Source: Thermoproteota archaeon
GTDB lineage: Archaea; Thermoproteota; Thermoprotei_A; Sulfolobales; Ignisphaeraceae
NCBI GenBank assembly: GCA_030550585.1
Contig: JAUQPB010000001.1
Coordinates: forward strand, 707,150 to 771,149
DNA: 64,000 nucleotides
Direction: 5' to 3'
Positions 31,832 through 41,482 of the stretch are shown one piece after another. Each line of letters opens with the position of its first letter. Position 1 is the stretch's first letter. The position numbers were made by a program, and so were the translations under genes. The notes beneath the pieces were generated by a model. The model had not been told where the DNA came from, made no database searches, and worked only from the letters and a program-made list of their open reading frames with translations.

Positions 31832-32599
31832 TCACCACCTCAGGGCCAGCTCCACAATCCTATCCCTATATATGTAGTACAAGATAATAAAAGCTATCAG
31901 CCCTATAAGCGACACTACGTATAGAGGGCCAGCCATATTTGATGCTAGAGTGCTTAAGGCTTGAATATCCTTAATGCTTTGGTTGCTCTTGTAAATAGTG
32001 ACAGGTGCTACAGTGGTTACAGCTATTAATAGCACTGTCCTCACCAAGTTGGCCAGCTTGGGCTCAAGCAACAGAGAAACCAACGACAATAAGAGGGTGA
32101 GCGAGGCTATGGAAATTAGTAGTGAGAGTATTAGCAATATGGGCAGCAACAGGTTTATGCTAGTAAACATATTTATTATTATGTATGTAGCTACAACATA
32201 TGGAACAACCGCAACGGCTCCGACTACCACTGCTGACAACATCTTTATAAAGAGAAACTCTCCAGCAGTATAAGGAGAATACACCACTAGATATTCAAAT
32301 ACACGAACAAGCCTTTCTTGATCAATAGCAGCTGCGGCAGTTACACCGACAAGTAATGCCACCACCAAGTTATTGATAGAGACGATCGGTAGAACCATCT
32401 GTAGCTTAGCCTCATTTGGAAGCAATGCCAAAGACTCCGACCTAAGCATGTTATAGATAGCAAGTGGGAATAATATAATAATCAACACGATAATTAACGC
32501 TATTGAAAGTGCATTTGTTTTTAGTGTAAACAGGGCTTCGCGTAGCCCCATCTTCGCATACTCTCGAGCTTTACCTAGCCTCACCGCCCTCCCCCTCAC
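31832..32599 (-). CDS. ABC-2-type exporter permease
   Basis: ~6 TM segments, ERLVRVFEYLV..P motif. Confidence 0.8.
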   Translation of the reverse strand: MRGRAVRLGKAREYAKMGLREALFTLKTNALSIALIIVLIIILFPLAIYNMLRSESLALLPNEAKLQMVLPIVSINNLVVALLVGVTAAAAIDQERLVRVFEYLVVYSPYTAGEFLFIKMLSAVVVGAVAVVPYVVATYIIINMFTSINLLLPILLILSLLISIASLTLLLSLVSLLLEPKLANLVRTVLLIAVTTVAPVTIYKSNQSIKDIQALSTLASNMAGPLYVVSLIGLIAFIILYYIYRDRIVELALRW

Positions 32600-33521
32600 T
32601 ATAGTACTTTAGATATACATCTTCTAGCGAAGCCCTCTTTATCTCCAGGGTCTCGATATCTATTTTGTGTTCAACGAGGTAGGAGAGTAGTTTGTGGACA
32701 TCGTCCATGTTTCTTAGGCTAAGGCGTATGCTGTTCTCCGAGACCCTCTCGCTGTTTTCTGGAAATAGCTGAGATATATGCTCAATGCTATGACTATCTT
32801 TGCTGACTACTCTAGCAGTTATTGTGGTAGAGCTCAGATCGCTGAGAGTGCCGTGGTACACCACCCTACCTCTTCTAAGTATTGTTACGTAGTCGGCTGT
32901 TTCCTCAACATCTGAGAGGATGTGGGTGGAGTACAGTATGGTGGCGCTGTACCTATTTACATAGTCTCTCATAAACTTCTTTACATTGGCTCTCCACACA
33001 GGGTCTAGACTGTTCAGAGGTTCGTCGAGTATAACAAGCTTTGGTTTCCCTATGAAGGCCCTCGCAATAACAGCTCTCTGCCTATTGCCAGCGGAGAGCT
33101 TGTTCACCTTCTTATCGAGTATCTCGTGTAGGCCAAAAGCGTCTGCTACATAGCCAATCTCATCTCTGCAAAGAGAACTGTTCTGAAGCTTTAGCTCGCA
33201 GAACCTCATGAGATTGTCATAAACAGTTAAACCCCCATAAAATCCTGTACCCTCACCAGCATAGCCAATGCTCATCCTAACCCCTGGGTTTCGATAGGGA
33301 TCCACACCAAACACCTCAACACTACCAGCAGTAGGCCTCAAAACACCCACAATTATCCTCAGCGACGTTGTCTTGCCGGCGCCGTTATGGCCCAGCAAAG
33401 CGTGTACAGTGCCCATCCTCACATCAAAAGAGACGTTGTCGAGGGCCACCACCCTCCCAAACCTCTTCGTCACACCATCAAATTTCACAACATCTGAACC
33501 CCCCAACACAACATCCTTCAT
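32571..33521 (-). CDS. ABC transporter ATP-binding protein
   Basis: GHNGAGKT, LSAGN, ILDEP, STH, SLEDVY. Confidence 0.92.
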   Translation of the reverse strand: MKDVVLGGSDVVKFDGVTKRFGRVVALDNVSFDVRMGTVHALLGHNGAGKTTSLRIIVGVLRPTAGSVEVFGVDPYRNPGVRMSIGYAGEGTGFYGGLTVYDNLMRFCELKLQNSSLCRDEIGYVADAFGLHEILDKKVNKLSAGNRQRAVIARAFIGKPKLVILDEPLNSLDPVWRANVKKFMRDYVNRYSATILYSTHILSDVEETADYVTILRRGRVVYHGTLSDLSSTTITARVVSKDSHSIEHISQLFPENSERVSENSIRLSLRNMDDVHKLLSYLVEHKIDIETLEIKRASLEDVYLKYYSEGEGGEAR

Positions 33522-34021
33522 CTTGCCACCCCAACCAACCCTCGTCCACTACCCAAAACAGCCCTAACAATACATCTACCTCCTATAGCCACACCACACC
33601 TACAGTAGGAACGCAGATCGGAGAGAATATTTAAACTTTTATCTTATTGGAAAACCAACGATGTAGAGTTTGCCACCACTATAAATGGCTTATGGCAGAG
33701 CTTAACAAACTGAATAGAGTGCATGTATCCAACACGTAGTTGTCTTTGGCCGAGGCTCTGCCCCACTCTCACCATGATGAGAATGTGTTCCTAGCCCCCA
33801 GTAAAACTCCTTAGAAACTTGTGTCTCGATGTAGAATGGGCACCAGACACAAGCTACCGGGCATCAGCTATAGGGAGCTAGCTAGAATGATAAACAAAAT
33901 CTTTTTATCTATGCCTACTACATTGCTTCTTCCCCAATACACAGCCGAGCCGTTGTACTGCTACAAAGGGTGCTGCCCTAGAGTTTCTCGACACAACTAT
34001 TAAGGAGTTCCACAAGAACTT

Positions 34022-34517
34022 AACTCCTGCCATCCACCGGCGGGTTCACAGTCAACATAGTGAACGGAACCGCCGAGGTCTCAGTTAAATCGCCTAGGTT
34101 TATAGCGAGAAACGTAACAGATGTAACATCAACGATTAAAGCGCTGTACTGGCTAGCTAGAGACATACCCGATGGAAAACCGGAGCTGACGCTACTAATG
34201 GCTAGGACTGTCAATATAGACCTAGCAGACTTTTTGGGAACCATACTAATAAATGATAAACCAGCTAAAGCCATTGTATTTGGGGACTTACTATCAGTAG
34301 AAATCATCCCAGCGGGCGGACAGGGCGACATAGGGAATATAACCACGTCGCAACCAAGTACTTCGCAACCACAATCAACAACTAGCATAGCTCGACCAAG
34401 TACCCAAGCAACCACCACGCCTCAAGAGACAGGTGTTAGATTAGAGTACATTGCGTAGGCATTGTAGTAGCCGTCATAGCGGTAGCCGCTGCTCTCATCG
34501 CGCTCAAGAAACGCTAG
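34022..34517 (+). pseudogene. C-terminal remnant of a cell-surface protein (S/T linker plus TM anchor, frameshifted)
   Basis: TTSQPSTSQPQSTTS linker; shifted frame gives VGIVVAVIAVAAALIALKKR* ending at 34517. Confidence 0.65.
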
Positions 34518-34800
34518 CCAGTTATAATGGCAAAACCCTTTAAGCCTTTCAGCACAACTTTTTAAACATGCGTTAAACCCTTACCGACTTACGCCAACAC
34601 TCTACTACTTCACGCCTCCTACTTGGAGGTGCCGGTACCATCTTTACCTTGCCGTCTCGCTTAGGCTAGTAGCATGGTTCAGTTGAGCTACTAAGTAGCT
34701 CAGCACAGGGGAGAAGCACCATCACAACTGCTCCTATTGCAAGTAGTGTGAGCGGGGTTTCTCTGCAAGACCTCTACAGTGCCTTACTCACAATAGTTAA

Positions 34801-35055
34801 CTATGCCGTGTATATTTTTTCACCATCAACATATACTTCAATTTTTTGGAAACGTGATGCCTTTGAGAACTATTTTAATCTTGTGTTTTTCATTATCTCC
34901 AACATCCATTTCAAGTTATTTTTGAATCCTATAGCATAGGTTTCCACAACTCTTCTTCCATCAACATCAACTATTAGTTTTCCAGTCCATTCAGAGTAAC
35001 GTATGAAAATCTCATGTTTCTCTTGTTTCCCTATGATAAAACGATATTCGGTCAA
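34801..35055 (-). pseudogene. Small internally duplicated beta-protein with two frameshifts
   Basis: IGKQEKHEI...VDVDGRRV is repeated as VGDNEKHKI...VYVDGEKIYTA* across shifted frames. Confidence 0.55.
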
Positions 35056-35548
35056 TGTTATCCTAGGTGTTAGCGTTTCCTAGTCTCGACTAATAAATCT
35101 TTCACCAATACACACTTTATGCTTTGCACTTGGCTCTAGTGTGAGGGAGGTTTTTACGGGAGTTAGTAAGCCTAATTTAAGCTCGTAGGCTAGGAGCTCT
35201 TCTAGCTCTTTGCAGTTTGGATAGCATCCCTCAACACATACCCAGAAAGCCTCATTGCGCCCTAACTCAATTATGTGATGCATCCCATGATAAGCGATGC
35301 ACGAGATTTACCCTAGGTAGCCTAGAGAGTTAGGAACACACCTAAAACCTGCATCACTATGGGTGTGAGGAACTTGTGACTTTTTCACCGAAGGAATGCA
35401 CCTAGACATTTGTTACCGATACTTGAAGTAGGTGTTGTCATTCCTCTTATCCACGTGTTCCTCGGGCATAACAATGTATTTAGCGATTGAGTGTGCTTGT
35501 GCGGGGTTGTAGTTTACCTCCGCTACTAACTCTCCATAGATGGTTTCT

Positions 35549-35593
35549 AGCCTCCGGAGCCGGTGGACCCGGGTTCAAATCCCGGCGGGCCCG
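35549..35593 (+). repeat. tRNA-Arg(CCG) 3' half (att-like)
   Basis: agcCTCCGGAgccggtggacccgggttcaaatcccggcgggcccg; no 5' half. Confidence 0.85.
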
Positions 35594-35715
35594 TTGAAAA
35601 CTTATCAGGACCATCGCTAACTCATGCTTGAAATGTATCAGTAGTTGAGACCCTGGAAGGACGCTGGTCTTTTTGCAGGATAGATTGTCGGGCGTGATTT
35701 ATCCTAGAGTAGGGG

Positions 35716-36165
35716 TTAAGGTATAATCTTCAGCCAGGGTATTCTCTTGAAGTCCTCGTCAAAGGTTAGTATGGTGTCTATGCCGTATCGCTTGCAGGTT
35801 AAGGCTATGATAGCGTCTCCTGGAAGGAGTTTGTATTTTAACATAATTTCGTGGATTTCTTCTGTAGTCGCTACGTCTTGTAGAACAGCTATGTTGTTCT
35901 CCTCTACTAGCCTCCTAAGAGCCTCCAGCTCATCCTTCACGAAGTCGAGCCCGTGCTCAGCAACAATCCTGCGGATATCATAAACTCCTCTTGCACCATA
36001 CAGCTTGCTCGCCTTTACCCTAATTATTATGTATGATGCTTCCTCTATTGTTCTCAAGCTAGTGAATACCTCTTCGTGCCTAGCTAAGTGTCTGATAACT
36101 AGATCGGACTTGGGCTTGACATCGTGAAGTAAATAAATCAGAGCGTTTGAGTCTACGTATATCAA
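35716..36165 (-). CDS. vapC: VapC PIN-domain toxin
   Basis: IYVDSN, E, PGDAII, TFDEDF. Confidence 0.9.
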   Translation of the reverse strand: MIYVDSNALIYLLHDVKPKSDLVIRHLARHEEVFTSLRTIEEASYIIIRVKASKLYGARGVYDIRRIVAEHGLDFVKDELEALRRLVEENNIAVLQDVATTEEIHEIMLKYKLLPGDAIIALTCKRYGIDTILTFDEDFKRIPWLKIIP

Positions 36166-36377
36166 AGCTGTTCTGCCTCCTCTATAGCCTCCTCTAAAAG
36201 CCCTTCGTCAACGGGGCCAAGCACTCCTCTATACCTTTGAAGCTTCCTAATACGTTCTTCAACATCAATAATTTTAACCAGTAGCTCTTCACCTTCAGGA
36301 AGCTCCAAAGGCTCCAAAGGCTTAAGAACCCCCTTCTCATACTTTACCCTGATAACCTTGGACACGCGTTCACCCAA
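36162..36377 (-). CDS. AF2212/DUF104-family antitoxin
   Basis: IRVKYEKGVLKPLEPLELPEGEE. Confidence 0.88.
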   Translation of the reverse strand: MGERVSKVIRVKYEKGVLKPLEPLELPEGEELLVKIIDVEERIRKLQRYRGVLGPVDEGLLEEAIEEAEQL

Positions 36378-36508
36378 TTACTATATATAGCTTTGGAGAT
36401 TAAAACGTGTAGCAGGAAAATAACTCCACCGCTGGATAATACATAATCACTCCTACAAAAACGTTGTAAACACTCAACGGCTTCACGCAACATCCTTATA
36501 TTGGTATC

Positions 36509-36556
36509 AGCCTCCGGAGCCGGTGGACCCGGGTTCAAATCCCCTCGGACCCGCCA
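36509..36556 (+). repeat. tRNA-Arg(CCG) 3' half with CCA (att-like)
   Basis: First 35 nt are identical to 35549-35583. Confidence 0.85.
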
Positions 36557-36639
36557 CAGCACTTATTAGCTCTCTATAACTAGTGTAAATTTCTTTAGCT
36601 GGAGAAAATAGTTATTGTAAACATTACTCTAGCTGAGGA

Positions 36640-37420
36640 TTAGACAAAGTCTGCGATGGTATTGAGAACCGCTTTAGCAACTAAATTTTTGGTTCGCCTT
36701 AACCTCTGGGCGTCAAATCCTCTTATCCATTTTCCATCATGATGGAGCTCATCGGATACAGCTGCTATGATTCCGAGTTTCACGTTTCTTCAGCTACAGT
36801 CATTAAAGCAGTTGATTCCATGTCTACTCCATAAATTCGTTTAGAGGAATATTCTATAACTTTGCCGATGGTTTCTCTAAATATTGCATCAGTTGTCCAA
36901 ACACCTCCCTTAATCACTTTATTTCCTTTCCTCCCTTTCAATTCAATTGCATACTTGTAGAGAGTCTCGACTGGCTTACTATCAGGCTTCGGCACATAGG
37001 AATTAGCAGGTATTTAGTGGAAACTTGTTCCTTCTTTACGTACTCACCATACTGGAATAAGCACATCACCAATTTTTAACGCTGGGCTAATCGCTCCAAC
37101 ATACCCAACAACCACGAATACTTCGCCGCCTATAGCCGTAAGGACTTCGAGAGCTGCTACAGTTGCAGGAGATCCAGGGAATGGAAGAGTAATGACCACT
37201 TCCTTACCATGATACACGCCTTCGTAACTCTTGAAAAGTCAGCCACTCAACTTTATAGGTTTGGTATATCCTAGCTCCCTCTCTAACTTCATAAAAAGTC
37301 TTGGTGCAAAGGCAATAACGACCCCTTTATTATGTAATATCTTATCTTTTTTAAGATCATAAGGATCTATAATTGATTTTTCACTGTTACCAAAACTAGA
37401 AAATATTTCACTAACAGAGA
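36640..37420 (-). pseudogene. Nucleoside phosphorylase (PNP/UDP family) pseudogene
   Basis: GSPATVAALEVL, GAISP..IGD, EGTSFH, WTTDAIFRE, VDMESTA, VSD; three in-frame stops and one frameshift. Confidence 0.85.
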
Positions 37421-37532
37421 TTTTCTTATCCCTTACGATAACTATATAAGTCTCCTCACCTTCACTCATGTCAAGAGGTTCTAATGGTTTCAGTACTCCC
37501 TTCCCATATCTTACTTGTATAGTCTTAGGCAA
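37420..37532 (-). pseudogene. AF2212-family antitoxin N-terminus fused in frame to the phosphorylase remnant
   Basis: IQVRYGKGVLKPLEPLDMSEGEE, a paralog of 36162..36377. Confidence 0.7.
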
Positions 37533-37879
37533 TCCAGATACACTAATAGCTCTAAATATTATTTTATATCATTTTAAGACCTATGAGGGTATTCGCTATA
37601 CTGCCGATAGTACCGGCGACTGTCCCAACATCTTCACTCTGTTCTGTTAGTGGCAAAGAGTAGTTAACTCAAGATTTCGCGAAGGCGTGTTATTGTTTCT
37701 TGTTCTGCTTATGATCTCTAGTCTCGCGCAAACGTTATCCGGTCAGAGTATGGGGATTTCATAAATGTATGTAGCATTCCAGGTACTAGAGACTTGCAGG
37801 TGGGGAATCTTCGTATACACTTTGATTAGAGAAGAACAAAGTTTTTTTAGCTTATTCCTTATGGATAGTTTTAGGGGTC

Positions 37880-38638
37880 TTGATGCATAAAGATCCACCA
37901 ATGATTGTCGCTAAGGGTTTGGTGAAGAAATTTGGTGATGTGGTTGCGGTAAATGGGTTGTCTTTTTCTGTTCGCCGCGGGAGTGCTTACTGTTTAGTGG
38001 GTCCTAACGGTGCTGGAAAAACTACTACCCTGAAGATTGTTGTCGGTTTGCTTAAGCCTGATGCTGGGTGGGTTTTCATTGAGGGCTTCGATGTTCATTC
38101 TAATAGAGTTGAGGCTCTGAGGAGAGTTGGTTACGTACCTGACTATCCTAACCTCCCAAGTTACTTGACTCCTCTCGAGTTCATTTATTATGTTGCAGCT
38201 TTACGCGGCTTTAAGAGAGGAGACGTTGAAGAAGACATCAAGTACTATATCGACTTGTTTAATATGGCGGAGGACGTTAAGAAACCTATAAGGGCTTTAT
38301 CTCGTGGAGCTCTTCAGAAGACCGCTATTGTTGCTTCGCTAATAGTTAAGCCTAGAGTTCTAGTCATGGACGAGCCCTTAACAAACATAGAAATCGACAC
38401 ACAGATAATCTTTAAGAACGTTGTGAAGAAGCTGATGCGCGACGGTGTTTCCTTCCTCATTTCCAGTCACATGCTCTCACTAATTGAGGGCGTCTGCACA
38501 GACGTCGGCGTAATCGATAGGGGTAGGATGGTAGCTGAGGGCAGTATGGAGTCTATCATGAAGTTAGCTGGAGAGAGAGCTAGCTTCGAGGAAGTCTACA
38601 TGAAGATTTTGGGGAGGGATATTGAGAGAGGTACTTAA
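37880..38638 (+). CDS. ABC transporter ATP-binding protein
   Basis: GPNGAGKT, LSRG, VMDEP, SSH. Confidence 0.92.
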   Translation: MMHKDPPMIVAKGLVKKFGDVVAVNGLSFSVRRGSAYCLVGPNGAGKTTTLKIVVGLLKPDAGWVFIEGFDVHSNRVEALRRVGYVPDYPNLPSYLTPLEFIYYVAALRGFKRGDVEEDIKYYIDLFNMAEDVKKPIRALSRGALQKTAIVASLIVKPRVLVMDEPLTNIEIDTQIIFKNVVKKLMRDGVSFLISSHMLSLIEGVCTDVGVIDRGRMVAEGSMESIMKLAGERASFEEVYMKILGRDIERGT

Positions 38639-40256
38639 AATAGCTAAGGTAGTCTTCCTCAACCAGTTCATGTCTTTATGGAGACAGTATAGACCAGGAA
38701 AACTCTATAAGAAACCTGGACCTATCTTAGAAGCAATCATTTACGGTACGTTACTCCTCAGCTTGATTTACATAATCCAGAGGAATCTACAGGAGTCTCC
38801 GATTGATTTACTTAATCCCCGCTTGCCCGAGGGTTGGCTACCAAACCTTATCACTGATATCATGTCGACCATCATTCTTTTGTTTTTTCTCTATGCGTAT
38901 TTTATGCGCGAGGACATAGCGACTATATCGCCGGACTTCGAATTTCTCCTATACCAGCCGTTGCGTCCCGGAGATATCTATGCTGGATTAGTTCTCGGGA
39001 CGTTCGCGTTCAGCCTGATTTCGCTACTTCCAATGTTGTTGCTGCTTCTTATTCCTCCCTTGGCAGTGTATCGTATTTCATGGTTTGGATTTCTGCTAAT
39101 CTACTTATTCGCTCATATGCTACTGGTACTAGACCCTCTATTCTTTATCTCTTCGAGAATCTTACGTAGGTTAGGTCACCTCGGCACAGCGTCTGCGCTT
39201 ATCCAGGCTTACTTAGCGTTTGGTGTAGCACACTCACTCTTTATTTCATACTCGCTTGGCCAGCCAAGCATCTCGCCCTTCTTAAGTTATCCCGTTAAGG
39301 GCTTATACCTAGTTGTCCTGAGGCTCTACAAGTTAGTTGGTTACTTGAGTTTCTTTATCTACTTTGTTGTGGCGTTCTCCATATGCTTGCTTGTCACTTC
39401 ATCGCTTGGTAGGATGATTGAGGTGGCCGACTTAGTGAGCTTCAGAGACGTTTACGAGTTAAGGCTTTTGAGAGAACTTAAAAAAGTTTTGAAGAGAGAA
39501 GGCTTAGTTAGCTGGGTTTCCCCTGCAGAAGCTTTGAGGCGTGTCGTGTTGGAGTTTACTGTCTATAATCCCCGACTACTTCTTAGGAAGTATACTCCCA
39601 TATTTGTATTGGTGCTTATTGTAGGCTTCGCTGTTAGGAGCTTTTTGCACAACACTGACTTAAATATGCAGTTCTACCTGATTTCCCTTATTGCTGGTGC
39701 GGGAATTATGGGTTACGTGGGCTTTGTTAGGGAGTTGCTGGCTAACGACTTAAAGCACTTGTGGGTTTACAGAGTATACCTAATTGACTTAAGTCCCTTA
39801 AGCAAGATCTTAACAATGAAGTACGTTGTTGTATCTCTCTTATGGATGTTCATCTTGGCTGGCTTAATAGCTTCGCTTAGTGCTAATTTCATTGTGTTCG
39901 TTGCCCCCCTCATAGTGTTGCCTGCATGTGTTTTCTCAGTATTCATAACTTTATTAATCGCTGTAGCTCTCCTTAAGAGGATCAAGCATCATGAGCCTGC
40001 TTCAGAGATTTATGCGCGTGACGGCTTACCTCTTACAGACCCTGTTTCTCAGTTGTTTTTCTGGCCTTTAGCTCTCTCAGCAGCGATAACTTACTTTAGC
40101 CTAGTAATCTGTTCCTTCATAGTCGTCTCAGGTTTGGTGAGCTACTTGTATGTGGCGGTAGCCTTGGTGGCTTCTCTGCTTGTTTCTTACGTGGAGTACA
40201 TAGTATTCTCTAGAGTACTGGCTAGTGTGTATACTAAGTACGATGTTAATGTTTGA
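38622..40256 (+). CDS. Large (~12 TM) putative ABC exporter permease
   Basis: Highly hydrophobic, DFEFLLYQPL motif, overlaps the ATPase. Confidence 0.75.
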   Translation: MREVLKIAKVVFLNQFMSLWRQYRPGKLYKKPGPILEAIIYGTLLLSLIYIIQRNLQESPIDLLNPRLPEGWLPNLITDIMSTIILLFFLYAYFMREDIATISPDFEFLLYQPLRPGDIYAGLVLGTFAFSLISLLPMLLLLLIPPLAVYRISWFGFLLIYLFAHMLLVLDPLFFISSRILRRLGHLGTASALIQAYLAFGVAHSLFISYSLGQPSISPFLSYPVKGLYLVVLRLYKLVGYLSFFIYFVVAFSICLLVTSSLGRMIEVADLVSFRDVYELRLLRELKKVLKREGLVSWVSPAEALRRVVLEFTVYNPRLLLRKYTPIFVLVLIVGFAVRSFLHNTDLNMQFYLISLIAGAGIMGYVGFVRELLANDLKHLWVYRVYLIDLSPLSKILTMKYVVVSLLWMFILAGLIASLSANFIVFVAPLIVLPACVFSVFITLLIAVALLKRIKHHEPASEIYARDGLPLTDPVSQLFFWPLALSAAITYFSLVICSFIVVSGLVSYLYVAVALVASLLVSYVEYIVFSRVLASVYTKYDVNV

Positions 40257-40299
40257 CTTCACGGTCATTACGTTCGGGAAAAAGCATTGGTAGTGGTAC

Positions 40300-40482
40300 A
40301 GGGAATATAAGACCCTAGACATCCTCAGAGGAAAGCGTAAGGTACACTACGTTGTCTACAGGGCCATGCTGAAATCAGACACGGGTTCGAGCACGTCTTC
40401 AAGATGATGGAGACCTTGAGATTCAATGAAGTAGCCGAGATACTAGGAGTAGGCTTAGAGACCAAGAGGCTTATCTGCTTAC
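40300..40482 (+). pseudogene. Tyrosine integrase catalytic-domain remnant
   Basis: With one frameshift reads HYVVYRAMLKSDT(R)FEHVFKMMET...EVAEILGVGLETKRLICL, resembling the YRxMLESGARFEHV box I region of crenarchaeal integrases (recognised from memory). Confidence 0.55.
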
Positions 40483-40543
40483 GGAGTACACTAAGAACAC
40501 ATTTTAATTCCCTGCTTTGATTGTAGTAGATTAGGGTTAAGTT

Positions 40544-41482
40544 ATGCAGGAATTTGCTATTGTTGTAGAGAACGTGGAGAAGCGCTATGGTTCGAGGAGA
40601 GTTCTCAACAATGTGAGTCTAAGAATTGGAAGAGGTGTTATGTATAGCTTGCTGGGGCCTAATGGGTCTGGCAAAACAACCTTGCTTAGCATTGTAGTCG
40701 GAGTTTTAAAGCCAGATGGTGGTAGGGTGTTGATCAACGGTAGACCTCCTGATGATCCAGATACCCGTTTGCACATCGGCTACTGTCCGCAAGAGCCAGC
40801 AATCTATGAGCGTTTGAGTGGCTGGGACAACATTTTCTTCTATGCGAAGCTGTATGGAGTCCCAAAGGAGGATGCCTATAGAAGAGCGCGAGAATTGGCG
40901 GAGGCCATCGGCTTAGGCGAGTATCTGAAGGTGAGGGTCGGCAAGTACAGCGGTGGCATGATGAAGAAACTTTCACTAATAGTGTCGCTACTACACGACC
41001 CAGATATACTTGTGTTGGACGAGCCTACAACAGGTCTCGATCCAAGTTCTAGACGCGAGGTCTGGGATCTTCTGCTAAAGCTGAGGAAAGAGGGTAGGAC
41101 GGTGCTCATGGCCACGCACTACATGGACGAAGCCGATGTACTGTCAGATACCGTGGGGATCATGGACAGTGGTGTGTTGTTGGCAGAGGATCACCCGGAG
41201 AACCTCAAGAAGAGATATGGGCCCCCAGCCGTAGTAGCCATAAAGCTGGCCGATAAGCCCATGAACATAGACATCGGTAAGGCGGTTGAGGGGCTAGGCG
41301 ATAGGTACTACCTCGATGGAGATACCTTGAAAGTCTATGTAGAAGACCCTGACGTAGTGCTTCCTAAGCTTGTTGAGAGACTCTACGAAAGGGGTATTCG
41401 AGTAGACTTCGTCAAGGTTGATCGCCCAACACTCGAAGATGTATTTCACAAGTTGACTGGGAAGAGGTTGAAGCAGGAATGA
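40544..41482 (+). CDS. ABC transporter ATP-binding protein (DrrA-like)
   Basis: GPNGSGKT, YSGGM, LDEPT, THYMDEA, PTLEDVF. Confidence 0.93.
   Translation: MQEFAIVVENVEKRYGSRRVLNNVSLRIGRGVMYSLLGPNGSGKTTLLSIVVGVLKPDGGRVLINGRPPDDPDTRLHIGYCPQEPAIYERLSGWDNIFFYAKLYGVPKEDAYRRARELAEAIGLGEYLKVRVGKYSGGMMKKLSLIVSLLHDPDILVLDEPTTGLDPSSRREVWDLLLKLRKEGRTVLMATHYMDEADVLSDTVGIMDSGVLLAEDHPENLKKRYGPPAVVAIKLADKPMNIDIGKAVEGLGDRYYLDGDTLKVYVEDPDVVLPKLVERLYERGIRVDFVKVDRPTLEDVFHKLTGKRLKQE

Noticed and set aside
35549-36556. tRNA halves as trans-spliced split tRNA genes
   Set aside because: No complementary GC-rich leader, bulge-helix-bulge partner or matching 5' half is visible, and the copies carry stem mismatches; att remnants explain them better
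36640-37420. In-frame TGA codons in the phosphorylase as recoding or selenocysteine
   Set aside because: A TAA and a frameshift are also present, and flanking genes use TGA as stop; ordinary decay
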